This document shows positions 1 through 7,601 of a stretch of 36,788 bases of DNA, one piece after another. This DNA is from a virus. Position numbers and translations under genes: made by a program. The number at the start of each line of letters is the position of its first letter. Position 1 is the first letter of the stretch. The notes beneath the pieces are model-generated. The model saw only the letters and a program-made list of their open reading frames with translations. It made no database searches and was not told the DNA's origin. Where the stretch lies: the IMG/VR virus record IMGVR_UViG_3300045988_157219, positions 1 to 36,788 of that record; one strand, given 5' to 3'.

Positions 1-55
1 CGGCGATCTGTGCTTCCAGAGCCGCCACGCGGTCTTGGGCTGTTTTGAGGTCTGC
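1..55. repeat. Terminal overlap copy 1 (identical to 36734-36788)
   Basis: cggcgatctgtgcttccagagccgccacgcggtcttgggctgttttgaggtctgc occurs at both window ends. One ORF reads through it in frame at both copies. Confidence 0.95.
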
Positions 56-418
56 TGCGGTTTTCTCTTGCTCTGTCATCTGGGCGCGCTCGAACTCTGC
101 CAGGCGCGCCTTCAGCGCAGCGTTTTCCTTATCGAGGGTCTGGCGCTTGTCGCGTTCCTTAGCGAGGTCGGCAAGCACTTGGGTTTTTGAGCCCCGACCG
201 TTCGGTTCGCCGCCATCCCCGTCGCTGTCGGCGTCAGCATCAGCGTCGGCGTTGCTGGTGGCTGATGCGGTTTCGCCTTCCCGTTGCCGGCCACTGGCCT
301 GGGGGGTAGAAGCGGCCCCGGCGGCGTTGCTAGCACCGCCGGCTAGTGGTTCCTGGCTGTCGATGGGGGGCTGCGTAACGCACCGAATGTGATAGCGCAT
401 TAGACCGTTGACAATCAT
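1..418 (-). CDS. Capsid scaffolding protein, 5' portion (continues across the circular junction into 36733..36501; joined product 216 aa)
   Basis: ATG at 418 lies 5 nt after GGAAGGAAG. My translation is open to position 1 (MIVNGLMRYH...DADADADSDGDGG...KERDKRQTLDKENAALKARLAEFERAQMTEQEKTAADLKTAQDRVAALEAQIA) and is in frame with ORF 36501..36761. It is coiled-coil and acidic in composition and lies directly upstream of the major capsid gene. Confidence 0.8.
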   Translation of the reverse strand, partial: MIVNGLMRYHIRCVTQPPIDSQEPLAGGASNAAGAASTPQASGRQREGETASATSNADADADADSDGDGGEPNGRGSKTQVLADLAKERDKRQTLDKENAALKARLAEFERAQMTEQEKTAADLKTAQDRVAALEAQIA

Positions 419-445
419 GGATCTTCCTTCCTTCTTTGTTTTGGG

Positions 446-479
446 CATAGAAAAACCGACCTCCACTTTTGGGGGCCGG
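446..479 (-). terminator. Weak terminator-like hairpin between the small ORF and the scaffold gene
   Basis: On the minus strand CCGGCCCCC-aaaagt-GGAGGTCGG forms a 9-bp stem with one mismatch and one G-U pair, followed by TTTTTCTATG. Confidence 0.3.
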
Positions 480-498
480 TGTCACAGTTTTTTAGGGG

Positions 499-696
499 TT
501 ACCAGAGTGGGCAGCTGAGGGGCGGCGGGGCGGCGTTTTGGTACTTTTCTTTCCGGTCGCAAGGCTTCCACATGCCAATACCCGCGAGCGCGTCTACGTA
601 TTCTTCCGCACGCTCGCGTGACCACCCCATGACGTCCATGTAGGACTGCACAATAACGTCCCAGGGGGCGTCGATAGGGGCATCTGTGAATAACAT
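499..696 (-). CDS. Small hypothetical protein (65 aa), candidate partner or immunity protein for the MuF C-terminal domain
   Basis: Track ORF 499..756 trimmed to ATG 696 (MLFTDAPIDAPWDV...), 11 nt after the MuF stop. Hand-counted GC3 is about 70 percent, which supports coding. No recognisable motif and a weak SD. Confidence 0.55.
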   Translation of the reverse strand: MLFTDAPIDAPWDVIVQSYMDVMGWSRERAEEYVDALAGIGMWKPCDRKEKYQNAAPPPLSCPLW

Positions 697-706
697 AATT
701 ACAATG

Positions 707-2512
707 CTACACCTGGGTAAAAAATTCATCAAGAGCAGGCATAATATACTGCGCAAATTCGGAGTCCTGCCACTGTACGCTATCTAGAACGTGCTCCCGG
801 CCCCGGTGAAAATTCAGGGTGTTTACCAGCCTCGGTACCCCGGTTTTAGTAGTCACCCACTGGGCATACGCCCGAGCGAAAAGCTCATCATCTAGCAAAA
901 GATAGATTTGGGTGTGGCTCTCCGTCAGATTCCCCGCATACGTTGCGATCTCACGTGTCGACGGTGCTTGCCGAATCGCAGCAAGCACGGGTTTTATCTC
1001 TGGCAGGGTTTCATATTTCCATTTGATGAGATGTCCCAGCTCGTGAAGGACAGTTAGCTCCTGCCCTTGGAAAGTCCCGTTAATCGTTACTCGATAACGA
1101 GTAATCCCCTCATGGTCAATGGTTCGGTACGAAGTTCCGCGGATCGGACTCTCTTCCACTTTCGTCCCGAGGCGATCACGACCGTTCATTAGCTCGATTT
1201 TGTATTCGTCGGGGAGGAACGTTTTCCCTTGGTGCGCGTCATCCATATAACTCAGTGCCCGGTTGACAACCTTGCGGAATTGCCTGGGGGTCGTGGTTAT
1301 ACGCTGGGAATACTCGTGTTTCAGCCTGGCGTCAGTCTCGGCGCCGAGGGCGGGTTTAGCTTGATCGTCAGCACTGCTCTTCGCAGAGAGCGCAATGCTG
1401 GGTCTGGTGTCGATCCTGCGTTTGGCCGCCAGGACTTCAGGATCACGCTTCGCCCACGACCACTTGCTAGACAAATCTGGTGTGGCATCGGTGAGAAACC
1501 CATTCGCATGTAGCAGTGCGAGAGCCAAGTCACGGTCGTTGCCGGCGATACGGTAGATTTCTTCCGGCATCAGCCTAGCTACCGACGTGCGACGGTACCT
1601 GCCGCCGCTGGTTTTTTGCAGCGACGCACCGTATTGTTCCCGCAAGTATTCAGACGCCCAGCCGCGCTTGGTGGTGCCTTCGGTGGTGATGAGTCGCCGC
1701 CTACCACCTGCCGAGGTGATAGTTTTCATGCCCCTGCGGGCGTTAACAACCTGGTTGATGTCGGCACCGTCCCGGATAGCCCTGGCGCCTGCTTTGGTGA
1801 ACACCTTGGCCTGCTGCTCCGGGGACAAGGAGTCGAAGTATTCCTTGGCGTCGAAATAGAACAGTTTGTGCATATCCGACGTGGCCTCGGAGACCGGAAT
1901 GGCGGTGCAATCACATCCGGGGTGTCGAAGGAATTTCATGCGGCTGCTGCCTTTTTTGCCTGCTAGGATGGCGCATCTGGCGCAGCATGGGGGCCGAACC
2001 ACCCGCACCCATGTGGTGCCAGGCCTGGCGGCTAGGTGGGTGAGTATGGCCATGCGGGCGGCATCAGAAATGGCGGTTTGAGTGGCGGTTGCGAGCATCA
2101 CGCCCGCGTGGTGCCACGCCTGCGCCCGCTCCGTGATAGGGGCTTCGGCGTCGACCAGTTCGGTGATTTTTTGGGCTTGGGCGTAGGCGAGGCCCATCAC
2201 GGGGTCGCCGCTGCCTGTTACCCCGGCGAACGCCTCCGGGTCCGCCGACAGCTCCGGTACCGCATCATAGTGTTGTAGATCCAGCGCAACGTCCGCCGAC
2301 GCGACTGCTGCTTGGGCCGCCAGTAGTTGCCCGTGGGTCACCATCTCGGTGAGCGGCAGGGCATGGCTAGCGAACCAGCTATTGGGGTCCTGCGGACTGT
2401 TGGGCCGCCAGGCCGCGAGCACCCGCCGGACTATCTGGGCGATAAGGCGTTGCCGGTAGTCGGCGGCGGCCTGTAGTTGTGGGGGGAGCCTGGAGTACTG
2501 GGAATCCAGCAT
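707..2512 (-). CDS. MuF-like (SPP1 gp7 family) minor head protein fused to a C-terminal HExxH metallopeptidase-like domain
   Basis: 601 aa, GGAGGGAGG SD, immediately downstream of portal. It has a cysteine cluster PPCCARC...HPGCDC. The C-terminal ~200 aa carry LHELGHLIKW (codons 1031-1045) and a downstream DDELFARAY. Confidence 0.7.
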   Translation of the reverse strand: MLDSQYSRLPPQLQAAADYRQRLIAQIVRRVLAAWRPNSPQDPNSWFASHALPLTEMVTHGQLLAAQAAVASADVALDLQHYDAVPELSADPEAFAGVTGSGDPVMGLAYAQAQKITELVDAEAPITERAQAWHHAGVMLATATQTAISDAARMAILTHLAARPGTTWVRVVRPPCCARCAILAGKKGSSRMKFLRHPGCDCTAIPVSEATSDMHKLFYFDAKEYFDSLSPEQQAKVFTKAGARAIRDGADINQVVNARRGMKTITSAGGRRRLITTEGTTKRGWASEYLREQYGASLQKTSGGRYRRTSVARLMPEEIYRIAGNDRDLALALLHANGFLTDATPDLSSKWSWAKRDPEVLAAKRRIDTRPSIALSAKSSADDQAKPALGAETDARLKHEYSQRITTTPRQFRKVVNRALSYMDDAHQGKTFLPDEYKIELMNGRDRLGTKVEESPIRGTSYRTIDHEGITRYRVTINGTFQGQELTVLHELGHLIKWKYETLPEIKPVLAAIRQAPSTREIATYAGNLTESHTQIYLLLDDELFARAYAQWVTTKTGVPRLVNTLNFHRGREHVLDSVQWQDSEFAQYIMPALDEFFTQV

Positions 2513-2551
2513 GATGGTAGGCCTCCCTCCACACCGCTAGACGACGGGCGG

Positions 2552-3898
2552 TTACGGTGGTTCCGCCTTGTCGTCGGCGCCGCGTTCGAGCTTTTCGATG
2601 ATGCCGCCCATGCTGTTTTCCTGCTCCAGCCATTCGAGTTCGCGGTCGATGCGTTGTTGTGGCCATCCCATCTCGGCCATGGCCCCGCGCACTGACATGA
2701 ACGGCCTGCCGCCAGTGCTCTTTTGCAGCGCATCGGCCCTCTGCGATTCCGTGGGGGTGCCGGGGTTTTGCCATAGGGTGCTGATTTTGCCGTCGGCTTC
2801 CCAGCTGCCGGTGCGGATCCGCTCGGCGATGCCGAGCGCCCACGCCCACCCAGCGCCCATGAGGACGTTCAGCCGCTCCACCTGCTTGACCAATCTGGAT
2901 TCATCAGCGCGGATAGCCCCTTCGGCGGCGGGGTTGGCAGTGTTCTGCCCCATCATCCGCACCGGCAGGCCGGTCACGGTTGCCGCCTGTTCGGCCAGCA
3001 TCTTGATCGTGTCGTGGAAACCCGTCAATTGGGCGCCCGACAGCTGCTCGATCCTGGCGTCTTTGCTGGAGATCGCCCAGATGGCACCTAGATAAGTCTC
3101 CCAGGGGTCGTCGATTTGATTGCCGTCAGCGTCCACAAAATCTTTCTGAGTTACACCCAGAGCCACTTTCTGAGGCGTTGCCACAGTCTCCATGGCTAGC
3201 TGGAGCTGCAGCATTACCCGGCCTGCCATATCGACCAGCGGCCGAAGGTCAGCGAGCTGAGTTTCACCCGACCATTCCCCGGTTCGTGGACGATTGAGGA
3301 TCATCACCAGCGGCACCCGACCTAGACGGTGTTTGATACGCCTGGCCGCTTCCCATTTCCCGGCGCGGCGGTCGATGAGCACGGTGGAGTCGGGGAGGTA
3401 GAGAGTCATGTATTCGGCGACGCCGGTATCATCCCGGTAGATGCGGAGAGCAGCAGTCATTTCGCGGGTGCGCGCATCGACCAAAGCGGCGATATCTTTG
3501 GGGGATTCGGGCATGATCCGGGGCCTGCCGCCGCCATCGCGGGCGGCAACAGAAATGAACGCCCGACCGTAAATCAACAGGTCACGGTGCACCAAATGTG
3601 ATAGGCTGTCCAAATCATTGGCTTCCCAGTCGGCACGCAGCTCAGCATCCTCTTCGAGCGCCCCGGAACGCAGGAACATCCGCACATCCTGGCGCTCCTC
3701 AAGGACGTCGATATAGGTGCGGCACCAATTCAAAGGAAAAGCAAACGGCTGCACGTCGGGCGGCACCGCGATGCCTAAATTGCCAATTTCCTGCAGGCCC
3801 CGGTAGTAACGCTCGTTTTTACGATCCTCCCGGCGCTGCCGCTGAATCTTGTTGAATAGCTTCTCGGCGAGGCGCTGCTCTTCTGGCGTGAGCTCCAT
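2552..3898 (-). CDS. Portal protein
   Basis: Track ORF 2552..3964 trimmed to ATG 3898 (MELTPEEQRL...) behind GAAGGAGGTGA. 448 aa, located between TerL and MuF, with portal-like size. Confidence 0.85.
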   Translation of the reverse strand: MELTPEEQRLAEKLFNKIQRQRREDRKNERYYRGLQEIGNLGIAVPPDVQPFAFPLNWCRTYIDVLEERQDVRMFLRSGALEEDAELRADWEANDLDSLSHLVHRDLLIYGRAFISVAARDGGGRPRIMPESPKDIAALVDARTREMTAALRIYRDDTGVAEYMTLYLPDSTVLIDRRAGKWEAARRIKHRLGRVPLVMILNRPRTGEWSGETQLADLRPLVDMAGRVMLQLQLAMETVATPQKVALGVTQKDFVDADGNQIDDPWETYLGAIWAISSKDARIEQLSGAQLTGFHDTIKMLAEQAATVTGLPVRMMGQNTANPAAEGAIRADESRLVKQVERLNVLMGAGWAWALGIAERIRTGSWEADGKISTLWQNPGTPTESQRADALQKSTGGRPFMSVRGAMAEMGWPQQRIDRELEWLEQENSMGGIIEKLERGADDKAEPP

Positions 3899-3903
3899 TG
3901 TCG

Positions 3904-4524
3904 TCACCTCCTTCTGCGGCGGCCTAGCACAACAACCCTGGCTGTCGGCGTGCTGTTTTCCCAATCGTCGGCGTGGGCGTCCATGGCCGCCTCGTGGGCG
4001 AGCACAGTGGCCATAGCCGGGTCAATCTTTTGTTGCTCTGTTGCCTTGCCGAGCACGTACATTTGGCCGGCCTTGGCGACCTTTCGAGCGTTGGCCATGG
4101 CCAGACTAGTGAGCGGGCACCCGTCATGGGTGATGCGCCCCGTTGTCAGGTCTACCTCGAACCTCCGAATCGCCTGGTACATGCGTTTGATGCTGTTTGT
4201 GGCCCACTCAAACACATGCTCATCACCGTATTTGAGCGCCCACTCGCCAATTTCTGACCTCCAATCCTGGGGGTCGCAGTACATGCGTTCCACCTGGTAG
4301 CGGTCGAAAAGTTCGTCGACGGCTGCGGCTACTTCCCCGCGGGGTATGCGGCCCTGCCACTCGGCAGGATTCCAGATGGTGGGGCGGTCGTCTGGCCCGT
4401 AACGGGGTGTGAACGAAAACCCTTGAAGGGTTTCACACCGGATAGCAGTCCAGTCGTTGTTTTCTGACCCGTCGAAGCCCACGCAGATGCTAGTGCCGTC
4501 AGGGGGATTCTCCAACCATTGCAT
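3904..4524 (-). CDS. terL: Terminase large subunit, nuclease (RNase H-like) half, in a separate frame
   Basis: MQWLENPPDGTSICVGFDGSENNDWTAI...MYCDPQDW... matches typical TerL nuclease motifs. ATG 4524 is preceded by GGGAGGA at 5-nt spacing. The frame overlaps the ATPase ORF by 26 nt. Confidence 0.75.
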   Translation of the reverse strand: MQWLENPPDGTSICVGFDGSENNDWTAIRCETLQGFSFTPRYGPDDRPTIWNPAEWQGRIPRGEVAAAVDELFDRYQVERMYCDPQDWRSEIGEWALKYGDEHVFEWATNSIKRMYQAIRRFEVDLTTGRITHDGCPLTSLAMANARKVAKAGQMYVLGKATEQQKIDPAMATVLAHEAAMDAHADDWENSTPTARVVVLGRRRRR

Positions 4525-5572
4525 AGTGTTCCTCCCATAGTCCTGCTGGCAGCCAGCTGCCTGATGAGTAGGTGATCCGGTTACCGAAGAAACGTTCTGC
4601 TTGTTCGGGGTCGCGGAGGGATATTTCGTCGGCCTCGGCCAGCACCGCGTCGATATTGACCCAGGGGCTGCCCGTATAGACGGCTTCGAGGATTCGGCGG
4701 CGGTCTCTTTTCCGCTCCCACCGTAGATGTTTAGGTGGCGGAATGTAGAACGTTGCCACGTCAGCCAGGTTGGCTTCGAGCGTCGTTTGGGCGACAGACT
4801 GTTCAGCGGAGTCGTAGGCGTTTGTCGTTTCGATCGCCCTACCACCCATGCCAGCCAGACCACGGCGCTGCGCATCAGCAACCTTCGTCATGCGGTTGCG
4901 CTTGGTCCACAGCCCCGTCTCGTCCTGTTCGCAAAACGTCACGGGGTTACCAACACGACTGTCGGCGCTGGCAGTTACCGCGTCGACCCTGTCGGCGTCA
5001 TCGCCGCCCAGACCACCGAGGATACGCACAAAACCATCCCGAACCGCCATCTGATGCTGGAGGGGACCCATCTGGATCATCGCCCGCAGCGGGCGGTAAG
5101 TGTTTTCCACCTGATCCTCAGACGTAGCGGTCAGCTGGATCAGCGGCGATGGATGCGGCCTGCCCTTGGGTTCCCCAGCCTGGTAGGGGAAGACGAAGCC
5201 GCAGCCGCAGCCCCAGTCGGAGCACCGGTAGACGTCCCCAGCGGTAGCCCAGCCGTCAAACTCGGCAGGGCCTACCGCCTGGATAGCCGTCATCGAAGCC
5301 GCCCACGGGCCTTTACCTGTCTTCTGCGGGGCGATGACCTGCAGCCTCCGGTAGGTGAATGCCCTGGCACCCAGAGGGTCGCCTTCCCATTGCAGCCCGG
5401 CGCGGATACGGCCGAAATTCGCGGCGCACCAAAATTGCCAATCGGACCAAACGAACGCCTCCCCACGCCGATAGCCATCGGGGATGAGGCAGTGAGCCTG
5501 CACCCAGGCATCCCACAGATCCCCAAGGGTAGGGAAGTCGACAACCCAATCAGCCGGTAGGATCATCGCCAT
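4499..5572 (-). CDS. terL: Terminase large subunit, ATPase half
   Basis: Walker A-like APQKTGKGP and Walker B-like VTFCEQDETG. It ends ...SGSWLPAGLWEEHYAMVGESP* just where the nuclease domain would normally begin. Confidence 0.8.
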   Translation of the reverse strand: MAMILPADWVVDFPTLGDLWDAWVQAHCLIPDGYRRGEAFVWSDWQFWCAANFGRIRAGLQWEGDPLGARAFTYRRLQVIAPQKTGKGPWAASMTAIQAVGPAEFDGWATAGDVYRCSDWGCGCGFVFPYQAGEPKGRPHPSPLIQLTATSEDQVENTYRPLRAMIQMGPLQHQMAVRDGFVRILGGLGGDDADRVDAVTASADSRVGNPVTFCEQDETGLWTKRNRMTKVADAQRRGLAGMGGRAIETTNAYDSAEQSVAQTTLEANLADVATFYIPPPKHLRWERKRDRRRILEAVYTGSPWVNIDAVLAEADEISLRDPEQAERFFGNRITYSSGSWLPAGLWEEHYAMVGESP

Positions 5573-6035
5573 CGTCCTTTACCGCCCGCAGGCGACGCCT
5601 GGGCGGACTATCACGCTGTAGTGGCGGGGCCGCCTCGGTGACGGAGCCGTCGTCAGCGGTGGAGATTGTCCAGCCGTTAAGCAGTAGACCAGCAGGCGAC
5701 AGGCCGATGCTATCGGCAAGCCGCAGCACTTGGGTCATCATCGACGGCGTAGCCCCTGGCGCTTCGCTACGGACCGCCCAGCGCACGTAATGGGCGATGG
5801 TCAGCCACCGCCATTCCTCGTCAGCCCACGCCGCAGCCTGGGGAAACTTCCAGACTTTTTTCCATAGGGCGCGCTCCCTGGTGGTGCCGGTTGGTAGTGG
5901 CCACGGCGGGGGTTTGCCCGCGTAGCCGGACGCCGGCAGCACCCGCAGCTCCGCGGAGATACCGCGGGCATCAGAACGACCAGAACGAGGGTCCGGCGGC
6001 GGCCCCGACCGGGGCCTAGCACCACCACTGGGCAT
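5550..6035 (-). CDS. terS: Terminase small subunit
   Basis: Track ORF 5550..6053 trimmed to ATG 6035 behind GGGGGTGA. Basic N-terminus, conserved Trp-rich core (ALWKKVWKFPQAAAWADEEWRW). Immediately upstream of and overlapping TerL. Confidence 0.7.
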   Translation of the reverse strand: MPSGGARPRSGPPPDPRSGRSDARGISAELRVLPASGYAGKPPPWPLPTGTTRERALWKKVWKFPQAAAWADEEWRWLTIAHYVRWAVRSEAPGATPSMMTQVLRLADSIGLSPAGLLLNGWTISTADDGSVTEAAPPLQRDSPPRRRLRAVKDDGDDPTG

Positions 6036-6082
6036 GAGATCACCCCCTACCAAAAGGTTTCATTGAGTAAAATATCAGGTTT

Positions 6083-6126
6083 GAGGGTTCAAAAAATAGC
6101 AGGCTAGAGGCGGTTTTTGAACCCTC
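6083..6126. repeat. Perfect 13-bp inverted repeat GAGGGTTCAAAAA / TTTTTGAACCCTC (18-nt spacer) between HNH and TerS
   Basis: Arms at 6083-6095 and 6114-6126, read directly. A second hairpin, CAGGGGG-tgt-CCCCCTG, lies at 6172-6188. Confidence 0.9.
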
Positions 6127-6191
6127 CGCACCATCTAATTACCTCCGTCACGGCCAATAGCAGACCCGCTACAGGGGGTGTCCCCCTGGGG

Positions 6192-6560
6192 TCACCGGCA
6201 GCTACGGCGGGTGGCAAGACGGTCGGCACCATGCCGGCTGTTGCAGCTGCGGCACAGCACCGCCAGGGGCTGGCCGGGGTCGCCGCCGTCGGCGAGGGCA
6301 TGCGCGTGCTGGGCGGTGAGATCCCGCGCCGGGTGCGGCGGTCGGCGATAGCCGGGGCACACGTCACCATGGGTGGCGCGCCAGGCAGCAACCACCCGGC
6401 GCCGAGCCTCCCGGCTACCTGGCTCGTTGCGTTTGGTGGCCACGGTAGCACGCTGGTGCCGCTCGTGCTCTTGGGCATGGCTGCGACACCTGCCCCGGTA
6501 GCTGGCGGACTTCGGGCACCCGGGTTCACAGCAAATGCTTCCTGCGCGCGGCATGGCCAT
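6192..6560 (-). CDS. HNH endonuclease (packaging-associated)
   Basis: CEPGCPK...GRCRSH...DLTAQHAHALADGG...VLCRSCNSRHG. Start ATG 6560 or 6554 behind GAGGAGGTG. The N-terminal 50 aa of the track ORF cover a structured non-coding element and are rejected. Confidence 0.8.
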   Translation of the reverse strand: MAMPRAGSICCEPGCPKSASYRGRCRSHAQEHERHQRATVATKRNEPGSREARRRVVAAWRATHGDVCPGYRRPPHPARDLTAQHAHALADGGDPGQPLAVLCRSCNSRHGADRLATRRSCR

Positions 6561-6599
6561 CACCTCCTCTAATCCTCGGAGGGGTTTAAGTATATGTGT

Positions 6600-6742
6600 G
6601 TCGTATCCGCAGCAGCATGGGTTTAGTGTCGGGCAGTGAAGAAAAAGGAAAAGAAGCTCCCGACAGGTCGCGGAAAGCCAAACCCCGGCCCCAATATCAA
6701 AACGGGGCATCCCGCATGGTGGGAAGCTGCTGCGGATACGAC
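6600..6742. repeat. 143-nt structured element closed by a perfect 17-bp inverted repeat
   Basis: GTCGTATCCGCAGCAGC (6600-6616) pairs with GCTGCTGCGGATACGAC (6726-6742). There are inner stems TGTCGGG/CCCGACA (6628-6634/6658-6664) and CCCCG/CGGGG. Confidence 0.85.
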
Positions 6743-6784
6743 GAAACCCCTTGAGCCTTGGACCCAGGGGTTACGAGCGTTAGC

Positions 6785-7408
6785 TTACACCATGGGGCGT
6801 AACACTGCAACACCAACACCAGGGGCAGCGTCGGCGCAGGCACGCTCGGCATCGGCATAGCAGACCAACAACACCCCATCATCACCGACCACTGTCCGCA
6901 CCAGCCCAGCCTGCGACCATCGCCATATCCGCATATGGCTCACCTGATACCCACGACGGGCCAGCCACGAGGCAACCGCGCGGCACGGTGCCCACTCCGG
7001 CGGCACCTCCTCACCCTCATCAACGCTAGAGTCGGTCACCACCTCAGACACCAGGCGTGCCTGCGCCACAATCTCCTCCGCCGCCATAGCGCCCCACGGC
7101 GCCTCATCAAACACCCACAGGCGCTGCTGCAGCCACCCAGCCAACACAGGAACATCCCGCCCCTGAGGGGCGCCACACCCGGATGCCACAGCGATCTGCC
7201 CCGCCCAAAACGCCAGGAGATTTTCCGTACGCATCTTCAGGTCCAGCATGGAAAGATTCACCGGCGGCCTCGAAGTGCAAGCCGACCGACCGACTAGAGC
7301 ATCACCACCACTACCCCTGTGGAAGGTAAGGAGATCAGACAGTGCTCCCCCCTCAGTCTCCAGCGCGTAAAGAGCTTTCCCTAACTCATGTAAAAGGTAA
7401 TTGTCCAC
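6785..7408 (-). CDS. Hypothetical protein with a C-terminal HTH-like segment; first gene of the late region
   Basis: 207 aa, GTG start behind GAGAAGGGAAA. The C-terminal CRAVASWLARRGYQVSHMRIWRWSQAGLV resembles a MerR/excisionase-type HTH. Confidence 0.6.
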   Translation of the reverse strand: MDNYLLHELGKALYALETEGGALSDLLTFHRGSGGDALVGRSACTSRPPVNLSMLDLKMRTENLLAFWAGQIAVASGCGAPQGRDVPVLAGWLQQRLWVFDEAPWGAMAAEEIVAQARLVSEVVTDSSVDEGEEVPPEWAPCRAVASWLARRGYQVSHMRIWRWSQAGLVRTVVGDDGVLLVCYADAERACADAAPGVGVAVLRPMV

Positions 7409-7469
7409 CAGGTTTCCCTTCTCTCTTAAAGAAGCATCTTACCTGGGCTGCCGCCTAACGGCGGCCTCC

Positions 7470-7489
7470 CCGACCCGACCCGACCCGAC
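7470..7489. repeat. Tandem pentanucleotide (CCGAC)x4
   Basis: Read directly. It follows a GCCGCC-taac-GGCGGC hairpin at about 7450-7465. Confidence 0.9.
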
Positions 7490-7530
7490 AAAACCAGAAT
7501 CGCAACCCCGCCGTCCTGAACCCAATCTGG

Positions 7531-7545
7531 ATTATATCTAGATAT
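7531..7545 (-). promoter_or_regulatory. 12-bp perfect palindrome ATATCTAGATAT overlapping a minus-strand TATAAT; candidate late promoter/operator
   Basis: Palindrome at 7534-7545. The minus-strand TATAAT corresponds to plus attata at 7531-7536. No good -35, so it may be activator dependent. Confidence 0.35.
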
Positions 7546-7568
7546 GCGCAAATCGTTATGAACATAGA

Positions 7569-7601
7569 CAAAGAAAAACTCCCCAGGCGCCGTCTGGGGA
7601 G
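7569..7601 (-). terminator. Rho-independent terminator ending the early operon
   Basis: On the minus strand CTCCCCAG-acggcgc-CTGGGGAG (8-bp stem) is followed by TTTTTCTTTG. Confidence 0.75.

Noticed and set aside
1-55. 55-bp repeat as a biological direct terminal repeat or cos site
   Set aside because: The repeat is exact, has a k-mer-like length and lies inside the scaffold coding sequence. The HNH-TerS arrangement points to a cos site near 6054-6191 instead. This cannot be fully excluded without reads.
2379-2849. 156-aa and 100-aa Arg-rich minus-strand ORFs overlapping the portal/MuF junction
   Set aside because: They are alternative frames of well-supported portal and MuF genes, with extreme Arg/His/Gly content.
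4727-5560. 277-aa plus-strand ORF opposite TerL
   Set aside because: It is antisense to the terminase ATPase half, which has clear Walker motifs.
6561-6710. N-terminal 50-aa extension of the HNH ORF (track start 6710)
   Set aside because: The extension runs through the 17-bp inverted-repeat element and gives an implausible Cys/Leu/Phe-rich sequence. A strong SD (GAGGAGGTG) precedes the internal ATG at 6560/6554.
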